From positions 1 to 63,187 of IMG/VR virus record IMGVR_UViG_3300011339_000451: 63,187 nucleotides of DNA. One strand, 5' to 3'. Shown in pieces: positions 55,539 to 63,187 of this stretch. The notes below the pieces were generated by a model, which saw nothing but the letters and a program-made list of their open reading frames with translations, had not been told where the DNA came from and searched no databases. The stretch's first letter is position 1; every line of letters starts with the position of its first letter. The translations under genes were made by a program, and so were the position numbers. The DNA comes from a virus. Lineage: Duplodnaviria > Caudoviricetes.

Positions 55539-58500
55539 ATGGCACTACAAACTGCTACCAACCCAGAGACAGGCGAAAAGGTTGTATTGGTTGGCGATCA
55601 GTGGGTGCCAATCACTCAGACGGCCACCAATGACAAGGGACAGAAAGCCTACTTAGCAAACAATCAGTGGATTACTGAGCCCGTTTCTGGTAAGAAAAAA
55701 GAGGCACCGATCCCAGAGCGTTCTTGGAGCGAAGTGCCTACTGACATTGGTGCCAGCTTGGTTTCCGGCTTGGGTGGACTGGCTCAGTTCCCCGGTCAGG
55801 TTTACGGCCTTGCTACTGGCGCAATCAAAGACAAAGACTTTGCCAAGACTGGCTTGTACGGTATTGGTCAAGAGATGCAGGACTACGCCAAGTCCATCAA
55901 GTCTGAGAACCTGAAGGCTAAGGAAGCCGCTGTTGAAGAGAAAGTTCAGGAAGCCGCCAAGGAAGGCGAGTTGCCTGCGTTCAAGACTAGCTTTGTTGAG
56001 ACTGTAAAAGATCCAACATTGATTAGCTCTTTCTTGCTTGAGCAGGTTCCGCAAGCTATTCCATCTTTAATTGCCGCACTGATTCCCGGTGCTGGCCCTG
56101 CCGTTGCCGCAGAAATTAAGTCTCTACAGATTGCCGCAAAAGCCGCTACCAATCCAATTGTCAGAAAGGCGACTGAAGAGGCTCTTGCAAACGCTGTTAA
56201 GAGGGGCACTCAAGAAGCCATTGAACGTGGCGCTACTGCCGCCGTCCGTACTGCCGCCGTTCAACAAGGCGCTGACATTGGTGCTGGTACGTATGACGCG
56301 ATGTACAAGTATTTGACTGAGATTAAAGGCTTGAGTCCAGAGCAGGCGGCTGACGAAACAATTAACTATGCCCGTGCCGCTGGCATTGGTGGTGGTGCGC
56401 TGTCTTTATTGGCGCAACGTTTGCCCGGAGCTAGGGCATTTGAGAGAGCGTTGGCTGGTGAGCGTACTGGTGCGGGCAGACTGGTTGGTGCCGCTGTCGG
56501 TGCTGTCAAAGAAACGCCGAGCGAGAACGTCGAAGAGGTCGGCGGTCGTCTGTTGCAAAACATTGCATTGAAACAAGTAAACCCAGAGCAGTCATTGACA
56601 GAAGGCTTGGGTCAGACTGCGGCTCAAGCTACTATCGGTGCCGCTGGAATGGGCGGTATTGGTGGTGTCTTTGGTGGTCGTGCAAAGACAGAGGCACCAG
56701 CAGAAGAAGCTCCAAAGACGCAAGCACCGAAGGTTGAACCAACTACACAAGTTGAGACATCGCAAGAGCCAAAGCCTTTGGCCATTGGTATGTCTGAGCC
56801 GTTCACTCCAGTTGTGTTGCCGGACGGATCTGTTGCGCTTACCAAGTCAGACTTAGATGCTTACGAGCAAGAACAGTTTGATAAGAAGTACGCCGCTCAA
56901 CCAAACTTAAATCAAGTGGTTCCTGCTGAGACTCCTCCGCAGTTGGGCTATTCACCACTGCCCGGCGTTCCAAAGATAACGCCAGACGGCACAGTATTGC
57001 TTACGCCTGAGCAGGAGTTTGAGGCTAAGTACGCCCCACAAAAGAAGCGCATTACAGCAGAAGAGTGGAATGCCATGTCTCCGGAAGAGAAGGATGCCGC
57101 TTCTGTTCAGGCCGCCCTTGAGGAGCAACAGCGCATTAGTGATGCTGAAGCTGAGGCGCAAGGCAAGGCCAAGAAAGAGGCTGGCTTTAAGGGCAGATGG
57201 ACGCCCGAGGAGCGTGCGGCTCTTGGTCTTGAGGAGCCTATCAAGCCACCGAAGCCTGCTGATAGAACCGTCAATCCAGAAAACATTGGTGTTGACAATC
57301 GGTTGATTACCGAGGGTGCTTCACCATTTACCGACCGCAAGCAAGCGGTAGAAGCGGCCAAGTTACAGCCTACTCTCAAACCCCTGAAGCTGGCTAAGAA
57401 TCAAGGCTACGTCCTGACGCCTAAGACGCAGGAAGAGTTGGACAGAGAAGCTGAGCTTGCCAAGCAACGTGCAGTTGTAAACGTTGGTGGTAAGGCTGGT
57501 GAACCGCTTGGTGCTGGTCAGTACATTGCCCGATATGGTGGCTTGAATCCAAGCCTTATGTCCGACATGAATACCGGTGGCAACTATAAGTACGGTATGG
57601 CTTATATGTTCTCCCCTACCGGCATGACGCTGGAGCGAGCGAAAGAGCGTTTGGTTAGTGCTGGTTACGTTTCAGAGGAGGCCACTGAGAGCGAAGTTAT
57701 TGACGCTATCAAGGGCAACACTTTGTCTACGGAGGGTGCTGAGTTTAGTGCCGAGAAAGAAACCAAACAGCGCGACAAGAAACAAGAGCTAGCAGAAGCC
57801 GCTGAGAGTCTGACGAAACCTGAAGTCTTGGAGATGGGCTACCCAATTACCCCTCAAGAGATCTCTCAGGATTACTTGGATAAGGTTGCTGACCTTGGCA
57901 TTGATACGTCCACGATTACCGAGCAGGCTTACGAGGACACAAAGGATCAGTCCGAAGACGCCTACCATGACCGTGTAAGCGAGCTGTCCAAGGAAGTTAT
58001 TGATAGATCAACTAGCGGATCGGAAACCAGTCAGGCTAAGCAAGACATACCGTTCACCGAGAAGCCAGCCGATAAAGGCAACAGAGAAACGCTGTCGGCT
58101 GTTAGTTCTGACGGCAAGTACTTCTACACCACTGAAGAGAACCTGCGTGTAGAGAAGGAGCTGACCGGCAAGACCATGAGGCAAGTGGCTAAGTGGGCTG
58201 TTGATAACGCACCCAACGCATTTGCCAAACACTTTGCCCAGAAGTCTCTTGACCGTATCGTTGATATGGAACGTGCCGGTGTGCGCTTTGGTTTTGGCAT
58301 TGCTACTGGCCGAAGCCGCCCTAGCGATTTGTATGATGGAATGGGTGTAACAAACTACATCTGGGGCGATAAGGCTAAGGGCGAAGATACGACCATCAGC
58401 ATTCAGTTGAATGGCGCTACTACGGTTGATAAGCAGACCAACTTCCCGCCCGGATGTTCGTACATTGTTGTGTTGCATGAGCTGTTGCACGTAGCGGCTC

Positions 58501-61500
58501 GCGGTCAGACGCGTTTCTTGCGTGATACAAATCCACTCGTTAAAGAGTTGAGAGACTTGTACAGTCAGGTTGCTCAGAAGTACATGGCTGATCGCGCCGC
58601 TGGTAAGTTGACCGGCATTGCGGCTGACTACAACAAGAACATGAACAACGCATTCCTGAATGCAGACGAGTTGATCTCTTGGGGTCTGACAGACAAGCGT
58701 ATGCAGGAGTATCTCTCTGAGATTAAGGTCGGAGAGAAGACTGCGTTCAGTAAGTTGATTGACCTGATCCGCCGCATCATTGGTATTGCCAAACCATTTG
58801 AGACTGCGCTTGACCGCTTGGTTCGTACTGCTGACCAGATCATGGACATCAGTGTTGAGACTATCGCTAACGGTGCTTTGGCTGAGGGCTACAGCTTCGG
58901 TCGTGGTAAGGCTCGTGCGGCTACTGGTGTACAGCAATCGTTGTTCAGTAAGGCTGTTAGAGAATCCTTCTCCGCCAAGCAAACCGTTACGCCTACATCT
59001 GCTGGCCAAGCGGCTATTGAGAAGTTGGAAAGAATGGGTCGTAAGGCAGAGAAGCCTAACGAGAGCCAGATCGAGAAGGCTCGCAAGGCTTGGGACAACG
59101 CTGTTGAGAATCCTAAGTCCACTCTTGAAGCCGCCAAAGCCGCTGTCGTTCGTTTCAATGATCGTGTTCAGACATGGGCGTTCTCAAGTGATGCCGCTAT
59201 CAACAACGACATTAGACGCGACGTCATGGATAGCAACCTATCCAACGAAGAGAAGATTGGTACGCTGTTGAATATCAGCACCAGCCAGACTGTTCACGGC
59301 GATGCCTTGGCTAGCTTGATGTTGATTGAAGGTAATCTCAAGTACAACGAAGAGTTGAACAAGTGGGAGGCTGTTAAGGACGACTACAACTTTGTAGCTT
59401 TGTCCAAGGCTCTGAGCGACTTTGCCGCCAAGTACGGTCTGAGCAAAGAGGCTGGCGATAAGATTGCACACACTGCGTTCGAGGCTAAGCGTCTTCAGTC
59501 TATGGTCAGGTTCAATCAAGAGCTTGAGTTAGAAGTAGCTGAAATGCGTGCACAAGCCGCCGCCCTCCGCAAGAAGGGTAGTGCCGTTGCCGCCAGTGCA
59601 CTCAGTGATAAAGCCGCACGCCGCTTGCAGGATAAGAAGTTTATCCACATGACGGACGAACAGATTGCTGACGGCGTTAGCTTCTTTGATGACATGCCAG
59701 AGCTTAACGAGATGGTTAAGATCTGGAGCAAGATGCGTGAGAACACTGCCAAGATTCTGGTGGACACCGGATTGTGGAGTGAGGCTGAAGCCGAGTTGAT
59801 GTTGGAGAACATTGACTACGTTCCATTCTTCCGTGAAGAGCAGATAGAAGAGGGCAAGGGGCCGAAGGAGTACATCCGTGGTCTGATGGTTCAGGCTAAA
59901 GAGAAGCGCCTCAAGGGTTCTGAGAAGCCAGTCAATGATGTGTTTGACAACATGGCTCGCTGGGTTCAGTATTCTGTTAACCGTGCCGTGCGTAACCGTT
60001 CCGCCTTGGCTCTGGTCGATACGGCAGAAGAGTTTGGTCAGGCTCGTAAGGTCGCTGATCGCAAGGATGGTGCAAACGTTGTTCGCGTATGGCGTAACGG
60101 CGAGGAAAGCTTCTATGACATGGCTGATCCCATGTTCGTTGAGGCGTTTGCTGGTATTGAATCCATCGCTATTCCCGCATGGAAGTGGGCGGCTACAGTT
60201 TCTAACTGGCTACGTCAGTCAGTGGTCTTGTACCCACTGTTCTCTGTTGCTCAGTTACCACAGGACTCGTTTGCCGCGATGTTCTCGTCTGGTTTGAATG
60301 CTCGCTACGCGCTGAGTATTCCAGCCCGTGCCGCCAAAGAGTTCCTGAAAACCTTGGTGAACAGAAGTACAACGAACGAACAGCTTAAGAAGTTTGGTGT
60401 CGTGGGTGTACGCGACTTCACATCTTCAATAGCTCGCTTGGATGCAGAAGTGCTCGCTGGATACAAAGCTCCGCCCGGCTTGGCTGGGAAAATCTTAAAC
60501 GGCTTGAACCACATTGCCATGTCTGCCGACAACGCTGTTCGTCAGGCTACGTATGAGGCCGCTATTGCCCAAGGCTTGAGCCGTGGTGAGGCTATCGAGA
60601 AGTCGTTTGAGATCTGGAACGTGCGCCGTAAGGGAACCAGTAAGTCCTTGGCCATTGCCGGTCAGGTGATTCCGTTCTTTAACGCATACCTTGCCGCCCA
60701 GAACGTTGCATTGAAAACTATCAGCGGCGTAGGTGTATCGCCCGGACAGCGCTCAGAAGCGATTAAAACTCTGATTGGTACCACGGCCTCAGTCATGACG
60801 CTTTCGTTGCTCTACGCCATGATGAATGGGGATGACGAGGATTATATTAAGAAGCCCGCCATCGTCCGTGACCGTTTGCTCATGATCCCCGGAACCGGCG
60901 GCCTGAGCATCCCGTTGCGTGCCGACTTGTTCTCAGTTCCAAAGATTGTTACCGAGCACATGTACCTCTTGTTGACCGACAAGGGTTATGAGGATGGCCG
61001 TAAGTTCCGTGACTCCATGTCTGCGGTTCTGAAGTCTGCCATCTTCAGCCCAACAGTTGTGCCGCAAGTGTTCAAGCCTTTGGTTGAAATCGGTATTAAC
61101 TACAACTTCTACTCTGGCCGTCCATTGATTGGACAGTTTGAGAAGATGAAAGAGACTGAGCGTCAGTTCACCGATACAACTTCTGAGTTGGCTAAGTCTT
61201 TGGGTAGTACTGGCATCATGTCTCCGATTGCTATCGACCACATGATTCGCGGTATGTTCGGCTCTGCTGGCGGCTTGATTGTCTACATGACCAACCCGTT
61301 GCTACACAGCGATCCAAACGTTGACCGTCCAACGATGTCTCTCAAGGATGCCATGGCCGCATTGCCGGGCACCAGCGGCTTTATCTCTCGTAGCTATGAG
61401 TCTGGATTCAAGAACGACTTCTACGTCCTGCGTGATGAAGTGGCCAAGGTTGCCAACACAATGTCTGACCTGAAGCAAAAGAGCCCAGAGAAGATTGAAG

Positions 61501-61733
61501 AGTATCTGTCTAGTGAAGAGATCATGGCACGCTACGGCATGTCTAAATCTGTTAACAAGATTACCAAACAGCTTAGCGATATTCGTAAGACCATCAGCCA
61601 GATCACCAACGCCCCGAGGGATGTGATGTCCGGTGCTGAGAAGGAAGAGCGGATCAAAGAGTTGCGTGCAATTGAGACTGACATGCTCAAGGCAATTAAT
61701 ACTAAAGAACTAAGGGCGATGGCAAAACTCTGA
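55539..61733 (+). CDS. Large polyvalent-type internal virion protein (2064 aa)
   Basis: HELLH zincin-like motif mid-protein; C-terminal IPFFNA...KPLVE...N.N...GRPL region resembling LPD38. Confidence 0.75.
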   Translation: MALQTATNPETGEKVVLVGDQWVPITQTATNDKGQKAYLANNQWITEPVSGKKKEAPIPERSWSEVPTDIGASLVSGLGGLAQFPGQVYGLATGAIKDKDFAKTGLYGIGQEMQDYAKSIKSENLKAKEAAVEEKVQEAAKEGELPAFKTSFVETVKDPTLISSFLLEQVPQAIPSLIAALIPGAGPAVAAEIKSLQIAAKAATNPIVRKATEEALANAVKRGTQEAIERGATAAVRTAAVQQGADIGAGTYDAMYKYLTEIKGLSPEQAADETINYARAAGIGGGALSLLAQRLPGARAFERALAGERTGAGRLVGAAVGAVKETPSENVEEVGGRLLQNIALKQVNPEQSLTEGLGQTAAQATIGAAGMGGIGGVFGGRAKTEAPAEEAPKTQAPKVEPTTQVETSQEPKPLAIGMSEPFTPVVLPDGSVALTKSDLDAYEQEQFDKKYAAQPNLNQVVPAETPPQLGYSPLPGVPKITPDGTVLLTPEQEFEAKYAPQKKRITAEEWNAMSPEEKDAASVQAALEEQQRISDAEAEAQGKAKKEAGFKGRWTPEERAALGLEEPIKPPKPADRTVNPENIGVDNRLITEGASPFTDRKQAVEAAKLQPTLKPLKLAKNQGYVLTPKTQEELDREAELAKQRAVVNVGGKAGEPLGAGQYIARYGGLNPSLMSDMNTGGNYKYGMAYMFSPTGMTLERAKERLVSAGYVSEEATESEVIDAIKGNTLSTEGAEFSAEKETKQRDKKQELAEAAESLTKPEVLEMGYPITPQEISQDYLDKVADLGIDTSTITEQAYEDTKDQSEDAYHDRVSELSKEVIDRSTSGSETSQAKQDIPFTEKPADKGNRETLSAVSSDGKYFYTTEENLRVEKELTGKTMRQVAKWAVDNAPNAFAKHFAQKSLDRIVDMERAGVRFGFGIATGRSRPSDLYDGMGVTNYIWGDKAKGEDTTISIQLNGATTVDKQTNFPPGCSYIVVLHELLHVAARGQTRFLRDTNPLVKELRDLYSQVAQKYMADRAAGKLTGIAADYNKNMNNAFLNADELISWGLTDKRMQEYLSEIKVGEKTAFSKLIDLIRRIIGIAKPFETALDRLVRTADQIMDISVETIANGALAEGYSFGRGKARAATGVQQSLFSKAVRESFSAKQTVTPTSAGQAAIEKLERMGRKAEKPNESQIEKARKAWDNAVENPKSTLEAAKAAVVRFNDRVQTWAFSSDAAINNDIRRDVMDSNLSNEEKIGTLLNISTSQTVHGDALASLMLIEGNLKYNEELNKWEAVKDDYNFVALSKALSDFAAKYGLSKEAGDKIAHTAFEAKRLQSMVRFNQELELEVAEMRAQAAALRKKGSAVAASALSDKAARRLQDKKFIHMTDEQIADGVSFFDDMPELNEMVKIWSKMRENTAKILVDTGLWSEAEAELMLENIDYVPFFREEQIEEGKGPKEYIRGLMVQAKEKRLKGSEKPVNDVFDNMARWVQYSVNRAVRNRSALALVDTAEEFGQARKVADRKDGANVVRVWRNGEESFYDMADPMFVEAFAGIESIAIPAWKWAATVSNWLRQSVVLYPLFSVAQLPQDSFAAMFSSGLNARYALSIPARAAKEFLKTLVNRSTTNEQLKKFGVVGVRDFTSSIARLDAEVLAGYKAPPGLAGKILNGLNHIAMSADNAVRQATYEAAIAQGLSRGEAIEKSFEIWNVRRKGTSKSLAIAGQVIPFFNAYLAAQNVALKTISGVGVSPGQRSEAIKTLIGTTASVMTLSLLYAMMNGDDEDYIKKPAIVRDRLLMIPGTGGLSIPLRADLFSVPKIVTEHMYLLLTDKGYEDGRKFRDSMSAVLKSAIFSPTVVPQVFKPLVEIGINYNFYSGRPLIGQFEKMKETERQFTDTTSELAKSLGSTGIMSPIAIDHMIRGMFGSAGGLIVYMTNPLLHSDPNVDRPTMSLKDAMAALPGTSGFISRSYESGFKNDFYVLRDEVAKVANTMSDLKQKSPEKIEEYLSSEEIMARYGMSKSVNKITKQLSDIRKTISQITNAPRDVMSGAEKEERIKELRAIETDMLKAINTKELRAMAKL

Positions 61734-61765
61734 AATGTCCTGCAACGTTGGAGGACACATCAGGG

Positions 61766-62041
61766 TTAACCCTTATCCAATAGTCTCTCAATGGTGATGG
61801 CGAGGGCGTCGATTTCGTCTAGCTTCTTCAACGCCCACATGCGCTTTTGCCCGTGCAGTCCGTTCAGGCTACCCCTGTGGCAGTCTGGACAGAGCGGCAT
61901 GGATGTAAACCACTGACCCTGCTTTATCTCATGACACTCACTTGGGCCGTGGGCGTCACAGATAACGCAAGCCATCTCCTTGATTCTTTCGATGTGCCGT
62001 TTCTCTACGGCGGTCGGTGGCTTTTTGTTTTTACTCTGCAT
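61766..62041 (-). CDS. Zinc-binding HNH/Ref-like nuclease
   Basis: CVIC...CHE...PLCPDCH...GLHG. Confidence 0.7.
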   Translation of the reverse strand: MQSKNKKPPTAVEKRHIERIKEMACVICDAHGPSECHEIKQGQWFTSMPLCPDCHRGSLNGLHGQKRMWALKKLDEIDALAITIERLLDKG

Positions 62042-62282
62042 TTTTCTCCTTGAGTTTGGCTTCAATGGCTCGGGCGTAATCAGTTTCGTTGTAATACGGC
62101 GCAGTGCCTGCAAACAAATCAGCCTTCTCCTCATCCGTCAGACCAACCCATGTGCGCTGTGCCAAGGCTTCTCTGCATTCCATCAGCAGGTTTCTGACTG
62201 CAAGGTGGTCAGCCAATTCTGGATTGAACAAGCCGCCAGACGACAGGTGATAGGTGATGCGGCTAATCAAGTCTTCATTCAT
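62031..62282 (-). CDS. Hypothetical protein
   Basis: GGLFNPE; RTWVGLTDEE...IEAKLKEKN. Confidence 0.7.
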   Translation of the reverse strand: MNEDLISRITYHLSSGGLFNPELADHLAVRNLLMECREALAQRTWVGLTDEEKADLFAGTAPYYNETDYARAIEAKLKEKNAE

Positions 62283-62947
62283 GCTTCCCCCTTAATGCCG
62301 TGTGCGGCTTCAATAGCTCGGGCAAAGTGAATGTCCGTGTGCTGATGAGAAGATGCGCAATCAGCCACAATCAAAATAATCTCCTCATCCGATAACGGCT
62401 TGCGCTGTGGTGGGGATTTGTTGGGCGTATGCACCATTTCATCCCCACACCAAACTGCTCCACAAACACATTGCAGTTCATGGTTCGCCAATGATTCGCT
62501 ATACAAAGGCACTTCGGATGTTTTGCTATGGTCAACAAAATCCCTCATGTTTTTTTGAAACCGCACCTCATGTGTGCTTTTGTCCTGATACATCCAAACA
62601 ACAGGCTTCTGCTGTGCTGATTGGGCAGGGGCGGCATCAACAGCCGCCATGTAAACAGATGAAGCATGACCTGCAAGCAAACGCTCGTCATAACCCTCTG
62701 TTGAACACTCATCCATTGCTTTGAGCATTTCATCTGTTGGTTTTATTGGAACAAGTTTCCACGCCACAGGCTCTGGCTGTGCCAAGGCTTCTTTGATGGC
62801 GGTGATGGCTTGTTCAGTTTGCTTGTAATGGTCTTGTTCTTCTGCCTGCCAAAAGCCGGCATCACCAGAATCAGCCAAGGCTTTCCACTCAGCGTTGTTC
62901 AGCACCAACGCCTCCAGCGCCAGCTTCAATGCTTCGTCTTTAGTCAT
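62279..62947 (-). CDS. Mosaic phage hypothetical protein
   Basis: EALKLALEAL, PVAW, PT.EM, FARAIEAAHGI modules. Confidence 0.75.
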   Translation of the reverse strand: MTKDEALKLALEALVLNNAEWKALADSGDAGFWQAEEQDHYKQTEQAITAIKEALAQPEPVAWKLVPIKPTDEMLKAMDECSTEGYDERLLAGHASSVYMAAVDAAPAQSAQQKPVVWMYQDKSTHEVRFQKNMRDFVDHSKTSEVPLYSESLANHELQCVCGAVWCGDEMVHTPNKSPPQRKPLSDEEIILIVADCASSHQHTDIHFARAIEAAHGIKGEA

Positions 62948-63187
62948 GCTTGTCCCCTTGCTCGGATGGCGTAGGCGCAGTCAATCGGAGTTGGCCATTT
63001 ACAGCATTCCACGCCTTCGGCTTTTTCTTCCATGTCATCACACAACTTTGCACACGCAGAACGCTCGGCAGAAGCGACAAGGGCGGCAAAGCGTTCAAGG
63101 TCTTCATCTATACCTGTTATCCGCAACAAATATCCTTTCTCAACATTGAACCCCGCCTCTCGTGCCATGCGAATAATGTCTTCTCTG
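62944..63187 (-). CDS. Small phage protein; its start lies in the left repeat copy
   Basis: IIRMAREAG...ERSACAK...AIRARGQA. Confidence 0.7.
   Translation of the reverse strand, partial: REDIIRMAREAGFNVEKGYLLRITGIDEDLERFAALVASAERSACAKLCDDMEEKAEGVECCKWPTPIDCAYAIRARGQA
63028..63187 (+). repeat. Terminal direct repeat, right copy
   Basis: 155/160 identical to 1-160. Confidence 0.95.

Noticed and set aside
58008-59009. 333-aa antisense ORF and similar shadow ORFs in the late region
   Set aside because: Opposite a long real gene, with no motifs or RBS; explained by codon bias
63028-63187. DGR template/variable repeat pair at the ends
   Set aside because: Mismatches are not confined to adenines of one copy on either strand, and no reverse transcriptase is visible
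1-63187. Integrase, DNA polymerase or alternative genetic code
   Set aside because: No such motifs recognised; core genes are uninterrupted in the standard code

Overview
The window looks like an essentially complete ~63 kb tailed dsDNA bacteriophage genome. Its two ends carry an imperfect 160-bp direct repeat (1-160 vs 63028-63187), and the gene content is podovirus-like. No integrase, DNA polymerase, reverse transcriptase or tRNA is recognisable. Layout: a leftward recombination operon (SSB-like, ERF-family annealing protein, PD-(D/E)XK exonuclease); a rightward block of small genes plus ParB-like, SF2 helicase and TOPRIM primase; a leftward array of small genes (15.0-19.6 kb); and a long rightward packaging, structural and lysis region (TerS, TerL, portal, GroES, scaffold, major capsid, tail fibres, holin, lysozyme, ejection proteins, a 2064-aa protein). 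The standout is 3498-5230 on the minus strand. A sigma70-like promoter precedes a ~570-nt non-coding array of five units. Each unit is a 5-nt-periodic GGY-NN tract followed by a covarying hairpin. The array sits directly upstream of a 189-aa RAMP/Cas7-like gene (C-terminal GLGDYRPRFGRF loop) and a coupled 159-aa unknown gene. This looks like a compact, non-CRISPR RNA-guided system; from memory it resembles recently reported phage VIPR-type systems, which I cannot verify here. Other unexplained signals include candidate structured RNAs, a dispersed TGCAACGTTGCA palindrome, repeated gene-junction linkers, and a peptide motif shared by many virion proteins. All protein calls come from reading motifs by eye, not database searches.
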